Source of the DNA: Octopus sinensis
Taxonomy: Eukaryota
Length of the DNA stretch: 64,000 bases
Assembly (NCBI RefSeq): GCF_006345805.1
Contig: NC_043010.1
Coordinates: 55,738,001-55,802,000, forward strand
Direction: 5' to 3'
Shown here: piece by piece, positions 40,101-52,600 of the stretch
Layout of the letters: each line of letters begins with the position of its first letter
How positions within the stretch are numbered: the stretch's first letter is position 1
The notes under the pieces: generated by a model
The model's input: the letters and a program-made list of their open reading frames with translations, nothing else
Told to the model about the DNA's origin: nothing
The model's database searches: none
Program-made: the position numbers and the translations under genes

Positions 40101-40995
40101 ATTGAAAGCCAGGTTGAACCACAAAACTTTCCTGGTCCTAGTTCTGTGCGCAGCATTACTACCAGCATTAAGCTGGTTGTACTGGATCTTCTCAGAGAAT
40201 CCACTATTCCTTAATGTGCTATCGTAATAAGGTGCAGCATTATGGAATGCTGCCTCATCTGAAGAAATTGACGATATTCTTCTACCTACATTGCTGACTA
40301 AGTTCCTAAGGATAACTGGTGGATGGTTCGAATCTTTGCTAATATACGATAGCTTGTCATTGGGCTTACGGTAAGGTTTAAATCTATCTGACCTTATATC
40401 AAAATTTACATCTAAAAAATCTACACTTTTCAGGTTAGTATCTATTGTAACCCGTAAGCCCATCCTTTGGAAGAAAGCAATAAGGTCCTTCCTAAGTCTA
40501 TCTGATTCATGGCCGTTTAAATTATGGGTGGCTATAAGGCCGTCATCCCTATATAAACCTGCATCTATAAATGGGAATTCTATGAAGAATAAAGGCTCCT
40601 GTAACTTTACGCCCCCCTCTCCCTCCCTTACTTATGTCTTTAGCTTTATGTTGTAAATAAGAACGCCCCTTCCCCATCCATGAATTTAGCTTATAGTCTA
40701 TATGGATTCAGTGATTTTGCATGCGAGCTAGATTGCGTATTCATATGTGTACATGCATTTGTGTGCATATTTTAGCTTTGTATTTATATGTCTGTATATG
40801 TATGTGGTCTGCATGCATCTATCTGTGTATGTTGATGTATATATGTATAGTTTAGTATGAGTATGTACTGTTGTGTAATATTTTAATGCATTTTAACATT
40901 TTAATTTCAATTTCCATGTATTAATTATATTTCCTTTATTAATGATAATATGTATTTTAACCAAAGATTCGATGTAAGGTTTTTTCCTCGGATTT

Positions 40996-41035
<40 letters not shown>

Positions 41036-43600
41036 TGAGCTTATTTTTGTTTATCGCTCGAAAATTGACCGTTATTTGTAAAGGACCAATCAAACAAGTC
41101 TATTTTTAAAGGTGTAGCGTTTATATTAGTCTTGATAGAATTGACATATCAGTTCTATTCTAGCAAAAACTGTCCGACGAACGGGAACGTGAAACTCAGA
41201 GTAACAGGTTTTGTTGAATTTTCTGCTGCTTTAAATAAAGCATATTACTCAACCACTGGTATTTGAGTACTCTTTTTTCCACCTTGTTTCACATTTATGT
41301 GTTTACTCCGGTATATATATATGTATGTATATATACACGCAATATGAATGATTCAAAGAAATGAGGTACTTAAATGATAGGCAACATGTAGGATCAGAAT
41401 TAACAGGTAAACAGCATCTTTAATTGAATAAAACTCATGGGTGCCGAAGTACATCCAGTGAAAAATTCAGGTTATGTACACAAATAATTGAATCCTTGTG
41501 AGTATTTTAATAGCCTATGGGCTAATCCAAAAGTTTATGTTGTATTAGTCATATGTTATTTGGTATAGAATATCGATGGGATGGGTCAGGATTACAGTTA
41601 GGAGTATTATGAACAAATAAATATATAACTGAACGGTGGGTATGTGTCACTTCAATACAGCTGTTTCCAGTGGGTTTCTTTAATAGATTAATGAGTACTT
41701 TACCGTATAACTTTAAAAACCACTTTCATCAGGTGATACATAACATTTAAAAACAATGTAAGAAGAGCACTTTACCATAGTGGGACAGTCAAACTTGATT
41801 CCTGTTGAAGCTGACTTGAAATGAAGGAAGCAGCAAAACTTGGATGACATTAAGAGGTCAGGGTTATACTAGAGAGTGGTGACAATGATGAGAGTGGAAG
41901 ATAATGAATTAGTATTACTTCAATAATGATATTTTCATAATTTATATAATCTCACCAATACCGTTTAGTTAATATTATCTCCCACTCTTGTCATTGTCAA
42001 CACTCTCACTAATTATAACCCTGAACCCCTAATTAAGTTCCTTCGTTTTCTATTCACTTTTAAATAAGCTCTTGGTAAAGTCTTATTAATCGCTGTATAT
42101 ACCCGTTATCTTAATTCCATCCCCAACTGGGGTCCAAGTGTAATAAAGCTGTCATAAAATGAAATCTCATAGAATGAATGGTAGTGAGATATACATCTAT
42201 TGTTAACCCAGATATTATCTTACAGAGTGAAATAGACTACTTAGCTCTTTTACTCTCTCCTGCCACCAACATGCCCACTAACTGCCCTGTAGCTGTAAAA
42301 CCTTTGAGCACTCTGTCCACTATTGTCCCCTTAATGCCATCCAAGCTTTGCTGTTTCTCTCATTCCAAGGCAGCTTCAGCTGGAATCAAGTTCAACTGTC
42401 CCACTGTGCTAAAGTGCTCTTCTTATATTGTTTTGAAATGTTATGTATTATCTGATGAAAGTAATTTGTTTTAGTTATGATGTAATGTACTCCTTAATCT
42501 AATAAAGAAATCCACTGGAAACAGCTGCGATGAAGTGACACACATCCATCATTTTGTTATGTATATATATATATATATCATCATCATTTAACGTCTGTTG
42601 TCCATGCTGGGATGGGTTGGATGGTTTGAGCAAAGCTGACAAGCCAGAGTGCTGCACGAGACTCCAGTATTATTTGGTATGGTTTCTACAGCTGGATGTC
42701 CTTTACAATGCCAACCACTTTAGAGAGTGTGCTGTGCGTTTTTGCATGGCACCACAGAGATGCATTTATGTGGGGTCACATGGATGCTTTTACATGATAC
42801 TCCACAAGCACTTCTACATGGCACCACCAGAAGAATCAGTCTTAGCACTTCTGCAGTGGAGTATGGGTTTTCTTGCATACAGCAAGGTACCAGGTCCTTT
42901 GTCATCTCACAAGGCATCTTCGTCCTTTGTCATCTCGCCTGGAAGGTTCAGCATCCTGAGGACATTCTTCAGTACTTCATCCCATGTCTTCATATATTTA
43001 TATATACATACACACACTTCCAAGAGGCTTCCATGCAGTTTCTGCTATTACAAAACTCAAATGGGAGGTGTTGATCAAGCCTATGGGAGAAGATAAATGT
43101 TGAACTGGCCACACATTGACATTGAACATGGAATAACATGCAGCTGTGAAGCAAACTCCTGGTAATACTGGTGAATGTATCAAAATATATTGAAGAGATC
43201 TGAAGCCAGAATGCCTTGTCATTGCTAAAGGCCATTTGTAGTTTCAGAACAAACCAACTGATTGATTAATTCATCAAAAGACGAGTGAAACAATCGATTA
43301 GTTGACTGGTTGATTAGTTAAATAGTTGAACAAGAATGGTTTGAAATTTTTGCACAAGACCAGGGGTGGTCAGCTAATTACATTGACCCTGGTGCATATT
43401 TTGTTGACTTCAAAAGGACAAAAAGTAAAAAATGCTTTGTTGAATTTTCTGCTGCTTTGAATAAAGTGTGTATATATATATATATATTCTTTCTTTCGTG
43501 ACCGACCAGACCATCAAATGTTGCTACACATCGCTGGTCACAATGCGTTCACATTGTTTTAGCCTTCGATTGACGCCACCCCGCTGGCTAAGCAAGCAGG

Positions 43601-43645
<45 letters not shown>

Positions 43646-46600
43646 GGGTGATGGGTGATGGAAAGAGTAGTGATTTGAACATAAGATATCTTGTATTGTT
43701 AAGTTCCTTTGCTTTATTATTACATTTCCTTTATGTACTTTAAAAATGTACCAGAAAACGTACTGGAATAGATATATTTAGTTAAACTCTTCAAAACAAC
43801 AATGCTCCAGCTTGGACAGTGTAATGACTGAGATCTGACAGAGAAAGCAGAACCCACTAAAATGCTGATCTTGTTTTGTTATTTCAGGTTCAATCCCAGT
43901 TTCACCAACAGTATGAGATATCTCCTGGATGTCATGCTCATACAGCAGACATACATGTAACAATAACTGACCACCACTTGAGAATATGTTCCAAAGATAC
44001 AGCTCTTTGTGCTTTTGTCCTTTTTAACCCAACTCTTATGAAGAAACACTTGCCAGACAAACAACAGGTGCTTCGAGACAGTTCGTACTTGGTAGAATCT
44101 TTTAAACCAATTCTACATAGCTTACTGAAAAAGGAAGTCAAAATTGTTGGTTGGTCACAGAATCTACTTCAAAATGCAAGTGGAGAGGTAAGAGATTGGT
44201 CATTCACTCTAGTTCTGTTCAAAGTGACTCAAGTTAGATTCAGATATAGTATAATTAGAGCATCATATGATATATATAGTATAGTAATCAGTATTAAACT
44301 TGACATTATCTAGACTCAGGTCACCAGACTGATCCACTCGACTCATGACCAAAGATGCTCCTGTAATCACCATTTCATATTTTTTCCCGGTTAATGTTTG
44401 TAGGATTTCTTTTAGCCCATGTATCCTTTTTCTTTAAGGTAGTAGGATGTGATATGATGGATTTGGTTGTAAATTCTTATAGTTTGAGCAACCATATAGG
44501 CATACCTTCTTGGGTCATTTGATATGTGGATATAAATATTTATATGAATGTCTGTATAAGTTTTACATGTGTGTAAGCATTTGAGGATGTGTAGGTATGT
44601 ATGTGGATGCATTTGTACTTAGATGAGTATATATCAGTATTATATTTGTGTATATAAGTGTGACCAATGGAAATATCATGCATGCTCTAATGAGCCACAA
44701 TGTGTGGGTTGGGTATTAAAGTGGATTTGGGTTACTGCCAATATATTAACTTAATTACATATTTTCTACTTATATCAAAGCAGCCTCTTCCAAGTTGGCA
44801 GAAAGGAAAAATATGTACAAAGCAACTATTGTTTACTGGACAATACAAGCATGTAGAATATTATGAAGTAGAATTGTAGTATTCAAAAGTCAATCAAATT
44901 AGACATGTTCTTATTGTTAAGTAATATTCTATTCAATTATCAGAGCTTTTTCACTTAAAACGTTCATTGTCACATATATTTGTTTTGCAAGATTCCTGAT
45001 GTGAAATCTTGTGTTGAAACAGATATTGTAATATTTCTGGATAGTCACTTTTTCTTCTGCCTTGCAAAATAAACACACACTATTTATTAGTTCTTCCCTT
45101 CAGATTTATAATTGTTCTTATTTTATGTCCTAAAATAAGAACAACGATAAATCTGAAGTGAAAAACGAAAACTGCATATGTTTATTTGGCAAGAAAAATT
45201 ACCATCTCAAAATATTACAATAAATTCTTTGTCAATTTCAATTTTCTCTAAAATTTATGAAAGCTTAAGATGTTAATAATCAGAAAGTCCTTGATAGTAA
45301 CTTCTGCAATAATGACCTCTTTAGACCTCTCTTTATCTATTACAGAAATCTTTACCTATTGCACAAATTCGAGAAAAGAAAATGAGTCTACTATAGAACA
45401 AAACCTTTTTTTTACTAATATGTGTCTTTCTTTGAAACAAGCAAAACAAATTTTATCGCTTTTCCTCATACTTAAAATTTTGTGCTGCATAAACTTCTGC
45501 CTCAGAAACCAAAAAGTTCTTCATAATAACAACCCTATTAAATAATTTATCAATGTTTACTACTTGCTTTCAATGTTTACTACTTGCTTTCAAATCATTT
45601 GTTTGATAACAACTATCGGTTTCCCTCCAGATATGTTGGCAGAATTAACCCAATTAAACTTGTCCTAAGTTCTATGTTCATAGAGCTACTTATGAAAGCC
45701 CTTTTTCTCAAAAGCTTTTGAAATCTTTCTTCACTTTTTGATGCTGTCTCTATTTTCTCCAAGTCTTCTTGGTAAGGTCTTTTGAGATATAATTCAGTGT
45801 TTTCCTTGTTCTATAATTGTAAGTAAGCTACATGCCTATTGTCTTTCTTTGTGGTCAGAATCAATGTGTTTAAAAGGTTGAGCTGTCCATATATAATCCA
45901 AAAATATATTTCTTTAAGAGTAGTTTTAGCAGTTTGGGGCAGTGTTCGTGGGAACAAAATTGAGTACAATGCTGTAATAGTTCTTTTGTATTCCACCATT
46001 GCAAAGCTTTTTTCAATTGGAAATGAATTAACAGCTGTTTGAAGATGATTGCAACAGTGTATAATGTCAAAGCAGCAGTTCTAAGTATGGAAAAGATCCT
46101 CACCTCAAATGTCCAAGTGGCTATAAGATAGATACTTGAATTAAGTCTACAGACAATGTGCCACAAGTCACTACCCTAAACCATTCTAACAAGAAGCGTA
46201 AAGGGGAAGAGAGCAAGAGGCCAATCAAAGGCATTTGTGGACTAACCGATGATGAATTCTTTTGTAATTGTATACACACTTATTGACATTATAAAATGTA
46301 TTTTTACAATGAATGACTGTCAAAGTGATATGAAATATATTTGGCAATTTGTTCATTCACTAACTTGTAAAACTTGGACATGATATCTGCAGGATAAATT
46401 TACACACTCTAACAAAAAATATGTAATTAATATCAAATTGTCTGTTTATGAATCACCAAAAAAGTTCATTGCTACTCAGTTGCAAAATCAATGTTTATGT
46501 GTGTGTGTGTTAAAGAAATGTAAGTAGCTTGCCTTAGGAGAGCATATTTATGCAGAAAAGAGAAATTGAGTTTGGTTATTACAAAACAAGCAGTTCTCCA

Positions 46601-49600
46601 TGGCTAGTTTACAAAGTAAATGATAAAGGTATAAAAAAAAAATAGCAAGGATAACAGTGATCAAAAATGTCTCAGTTAGTTGCCAGTGGTGTCTCTTTTC
46701 AGACACTACTCTAGCAGTTTTGGTGAGTAGTATGTGAGACAAGATGAACCATGAAGCTCTGTTGTCTCCATTTTTTAAATAGAAAATATGTTATATAAGA
46801 CCTAATTTTAACAGTCATTAAATATGCAAACAAGTTGAAGATTCTATCTCCTATTCTTTACATTTTCTTTTAGATCATCAGCTTTCTCAGTTGTAGCAAC
46901 AATTCTGAATGTTGTGGGTTCAACAAGTTCAGAGTGCTTGCATGGCACTGTGCTGAATATGTGACCTCTTTTGTTTTGTAGTCCTTTCCCCACCATTTGC
47001 ATTTCTTAAGTTAAACTGCTGGTCATCTAAATATAAAACAGTATTTAATCATTGTCTAACTATGTAGTTATCAAGTGGTTTATGCTTATTTTTGGATATG
47101 TGCATAGTACTAGACTGGATACAAAACAGTAACCTTTATTTCTTAACTAAAGATAATTATGCTCTAATACATTATAAAACTGATGGGAACCAATAGGAGA
47201 CAATCTATGTGGTTTAACCAGTGGTTACCATATAATTTAGCATGAAATAAAATTTTGATTATCCTCTGCTTAATTATGTGATCTACACTGTGGCAAAATT
47301 GTTATTATCCTGTAAGTATTATATTGCCAGCAAAACAGTATGGTACACTGGAATGCCTATGGTGACTGGACAATAGATGAAAGTGGTTATGGCACTAAAA
47401 GGGCTTTCATTACGTCCCACATGAGATGTACCAAACAACAGGAAGTAGACCTCACTGAATTCTTCTGTGTTGACTATTTAGATACATCACCTGACATCCA
47501 GGTAAATACTTCAGCATGTCTCCTCTTTGTTTCTTTTCTCTCTTTTATTTAACTTGGATTCTTTTAGCTGTCAGTCATGGCCATATTGACCCTACCATCT
47601 TAAAAAGAATTTGATCACTTGTCAAGTCCAGCAGTTTTTCTGGTACTTTATGTCAACTGATAATCCAGGCATTTTCCTTGGGAAGCATTTCTACTGAAAG
47701 TGTCTATCTGTAAATTGCAAAGGGGAAATCCCTTTATAAAACCAAAGTTCCAAATAAGCAGAAAATCCACAAATTACAGAGTATAAGAAACAAAAATTGA
47801 AGATTGAAGTTTGCAGTATTATTTTGTATTTCATAGTTTACAATTGTTTCAACAATTCTGTGGTGATTAATCTTGCATGATGTTTTATAGTCTTGTATGT
47901 AATTAATGATCAAGTTATATATGTTGTGCAGTTTATCTTCACAGCATCCATGGAATTATTTTTTTAGAATGTTTCATTAAAACGATGTATTGGAAACAGA
48001 CTGTGTATATGACTAGATCATTAATAATGTACAAGTTTACAAATAATATGCAAGATTAATCCTCTTGGAATTGAAACAATTATTAACTATGAAATAAAAA
48101 TGATATCCCAAACTCAAACTTTTATTTTGTATACAATCACTAGAGAGAAAGAAGGTTGTAATAATTATTGCCTCGAAACATCAACTTGAACAGAAAGCCT
48201 GATATGAATATCTAATATGATAAAACCTTAACCAACTACAGGAATTGCCCAATCCCTTAATGATCCTAACAATCCACCCCTTGGACAGCAAAAAAGCCCC
48301 AATTTTTTAGTCCATAGGATGGAATTTCTGGTGTTTATGTGAGATTGTAATTTAAGATTCAGTGTCTCTGTAAATAATTTACACTGTTATTATCCCTAAC
48401 AACAGGTCTCTGAGTGGTACCGAGAAGGAGTGTGTGGTGGAGGATTCTATTCCATGACAGCTTCTTTAATGGATGAAAATGGAACGGTTTGTCCTTTTTT
48501 GAAATCTTCTTATTTACTATCAACATGTACTCAAGAGCAACACATAATTTGTTAATTTGACTGATTAAACAAAAATTTATTGAAATTTTGTATATCTGTG
48601 TTTCTAAACTGGTCAACATCCTTAGGTATAACCGACAAGGTAACCTTTCCAAAATAGGTTCTCTCATTTCTTTTCCCTTTTCAGGAGTTAAATTGTAACT
48701 CATCATTGCCTTTCTATCTTTTATTCATGCAATGCTTCTGGGCATACATTAATATTTCCTTTCTTGTTGTTGCTGTTGTTATTCAAATACAGGTCAACCT
48801 TGCTTTAGAAACCTTTTATGAAAGGCTCAACCGTGACCATCTCATGCATTATTCATGTCTTTTTATTAAGATATTATTTGAGGGTGACTACATAAAGTGA
48901 CTACATAATGGCTTCCTTAATGGGGCAAGCCAACTTTAGGCTTACTATTCTGTACCTGTAATTCTGAGGTCAAATATTTCAATATTTTCAGATCATGAAA
49001 CAATTCACAACTGGAGAAATTGGAAAAATTTATAAAAACAATGAGTGGCAGGAAGTAAGCGTCACATTTTCAGACTATGGCCCTGGGGTTCGAGGTGTTG
49101 CAATTGAATCATATGGTAAGAGACATACATTTAAAATTTCTCTTTCTCTGACACACGTCAATGTGATATTTAAGTTTTAGTGTTAAGATATGTTGCTCAA
49201 GGAAGCAGTAAATACTTATCTATTAATTACTCAGGGGCGCTATCTGCATGAAAAACTATAGTTAAAATAGGTCTCTTTCAGAGATTATTGAAAGCTAATT
49301 AGAAAGAACAATACAGTGTGGAATAGTATAATTAGCCCAATGGCTATTATAATGATTTAATATGGTAGCTTATACGTGGTGGCTAAATATGCCAGAAATA
49401 GAAGCCAAATCTTCTAGAAACCATATTGTATGTGACAATGGTACAACTGGAAGTATTTTATACCCTTAAAAAGACGAGTCAGTTATGTGTGGGATAGCTT
49501 TGATCTTAGGTCTGCAAGATCAGGGCTGACTTGGAGCCAATCAATAACAAATGTTTCCAATACTAAAATAATTATATGAAGAGGACAAAGAATTAATTGT

Positions 49601-52600
49601 TGTTTGTTGAGGCAAAGCTGGAAATATCTAAATATAAATGATGTATGGAGTTTCCTGCTTGTCTGTTGACTTAGGCCACCATAATAAAACAATTCCCATT
49701 AAGTGAAATATACATAAATATCTAACCCAAGGAATGTTGGTGGAACATTCCCATTAAAACTTCTACTAAGTGCCAAAAACAGGCTGAATATCATTGTTTA
49801 GGATTGACAAGAAAAAATATGCACTGTTGTAGCGGTCAGCTGCCCTGCTGATGTGAATATCTCTTTGATTTTAATGTTCTTTTGACTTTCAAGTTAATTT
49901 CATTATTGAAGATTACAAGATATATTTCAATTACAAAACTAATTTTTATTTACTATGAGATGTCTTTTGTAAAATCTCCATTTATACTTCTGGAAATAGA
50001 AAGGTTACCTAATATTTGCAGTGCAACTTTCTTCAGCTATATCAGTGAAAACATTTCTTCAAATAATAAATTTAATTTAGCTAAATTATGTTGATTCCAA
50101 TATCCTTTCATAATTGTTTGGTGTTGGTGAAGACGTAGAGACCTGGATATGAAAAGTGGTTTCAATTTACTTATATCAACTGAACCAAATATAAAAATGT
50201 CTCATTTTTGATCAACTAAAGTATTTATAGTGTTTCTCTAATTGGAATGCAAAGGTACAAAATCTTCATCCGATGGTGGTTGATGCCAGCCCCCTCTGGC
50301 CCCTGTGCAGGTGGCACATAAAAAGCACACACAGTGGGTGGTGTTACGAAGGAAATCCAGCTGTAGAAATATTCCCAGATCAGACTGGAGTCTGGTGCAG
50401 CCTCATATATATATATATCATCATCATCATCATCGTTTAACGTCCGTTTTCCACGCTAGCACGGGTTGGACGGTTCGACCGGGGTCTGGGAAGCCAGGGG
50501 CTGCTCCAGGCTCCAGTCTGATCTGGCAGAGTTTCTACGGCTGGATGCCCTTCCTAACGCCAACCACTCCGTGAGTGTAGTGGGTGCTTTTTACGTGCCA
50601 CCTGCACAGGTGCCAGGGGGTGTTTGGCATCGGTCACGATCAGTTGGAGCTTTTAACATGCCAGCAGCACGGAAGCCAGCCAAGGCGGCGCTGGCAACGT
50701 TCGGATGGTCTTTTTATGTGCCACCGGCACAGGAGCCAGTCGGGGCGGTGCTGGCATCGGCCACGTTTGGATGGTGCTTTTTATGTGCCACCGGCACAGG
50801 CATCACAACTACTATTTCCATTGATATTTATTTCGACGTTCATGTTCATGTACTTGACTCAACAGGTCTCCTCAAGCACAGCGGGACGTTCTGGGATCCG
50901 GGGTACTTTGAATGGGCAGGGGCTATGCGGAACTGATGCAGGAAGCAGCCCGGGTCTTTGCAGTCACAACATTTCTCCAGAGATCTCGGTCCTTCGCCAT
51001 TGCTCAGTGAGGCCCATCGCTCTGAGGTCATGCTTGACTACCTCATCCCATGTCTTCCTGGGTCTACCTCTTCCCCTGATACCTTCAACTGTTTGGGAGT
51101 AGCACTTCTTCGCACATCTCTCCTCATCCATCCACAGCACATGACCATACCATCGCAAGCGTCGCTCTTGCACACCACATCTGATGCTTCTTATACCCAG
51201 CATTTCTCTCAGGGTGCTTACACTCTGTCGTGCGTGCACACTGACATTACACATCAAGCGGATCATGCTAGCTTCATTTCTTTCAAGTCTACGCATGTCC
51301 TCTGCAGTCACAGCCCATGTTTCACTACCGTGAAGCATGGCAGTTCGCACACATGCATCATACAATCTACCTTTCACTCTGAGCGAGAGACCCTTTGTCG
51401 CCAGTAGGGGTAGGAGCTTTCTAAACTTTGCCCAGGCTATTCGTATTCTAGTGGTGATACTCTCTGTGCATCCACCTCCACTACTAACTTGGTCACCCAG
51501 GTAGCGGAAACTATCAACTACTTCTAGTTTCTCTCCCTGGAGTGTGATGGAATCTGTTTTCTGAGTGTCTGTGGTGTCTATTGTCCCTGTGCATCTGCCG
51601 CACATGAAAGCTATCTTATCTGTTAATTTCCCTTTAATGTTGCTGCACCTCTTGTGCGTCCATAGCTTACATTGGGTGCATCTTATGGAGTTTCTACCTA
51701 CACCTTGCCTACAGATTGAGCAGGGCCACCTGCCCGAGGGGGTGTGTGCTGAGTTTGCCTTTCTGCTTACTATAACTTTGGTCTTTGCTACATTTACTCT
51801 AAGGCCCTTTGATTCTAACCCTTGCTTCCACACCCGAAATTTCTTTTCTAGTTCCGGAAGTGATTCTGCTATGAGAGCCAGGTCATCAGCATAGAGGAGC
51901 TCCCAGGGGCATCCTGTTTTGAATTCCTCTGTTATTGCCTGGAGGACTATGATGAATAAAAGGGGACTGAGGGCTGAGCCTTGGTGCACACCTACTTCTA
52001 CCCGGAATTCTTCACTATATTCGTTGCCAATCCTAACCTTGCTGACAGCCTCTCTGTATAGAGCCTGTACAGCCCTTATTAGCCATTCGTCAATCTCCAG
52101 TTTCCGCATCGACCACCAGATAAGGGAACGGGGAACCCTGTCAAAGGCTTTCTCCAAGTCCACAAAAGCTATGTAGAGGGGTTTATCTTTAGCTAGGTAC
52201 TTCTCCTGCAGTTGTCGGACCAGGAATATAGCATCAGTGGTGCTTCTACCCGGCACAAAACCGAACTGCATCTCATCTAAGCAAATTCTCTCCCTAATGA
52301 GATGGGTTATGACCCTCTCTGTGACCTTCATCACCTGATCCAACTGTTTGATACCCCTGTAGTTATTTCTATCTAGAGCATCACCCTTACCCTTGTAGCA
52401 GTTGACTATGGTGCTGCTACGCCAGTCATTGGGTATGACTCCATTATGAACTACCTGGTTTACAATGCGGGTGACTAGGCCATAGCCCACATAGCCAGCT
52501 GTTTTAAGCAACTCAGCAGTGATTCCTGTTGGGCCGGGGGCTTTACCTGGTTTCATATCATTAATTGCCTTAACTACAAGGGAGCTGTCTATTCGGGTAG

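Noticed and set aside
39860-40580. Selenocysteine-coding Penelope-like element
   Set aside because: No in-frame TGA at Cys positions and no recognisable SECIS in the surviving fragment.
50584-50800. CRISPR-like repeat/spacer pattern
   Set aside because: Eukaryotic context, the 'spacers' are homologous to each other, there are no cas genes, and it is part of an RTE 3' UTR.
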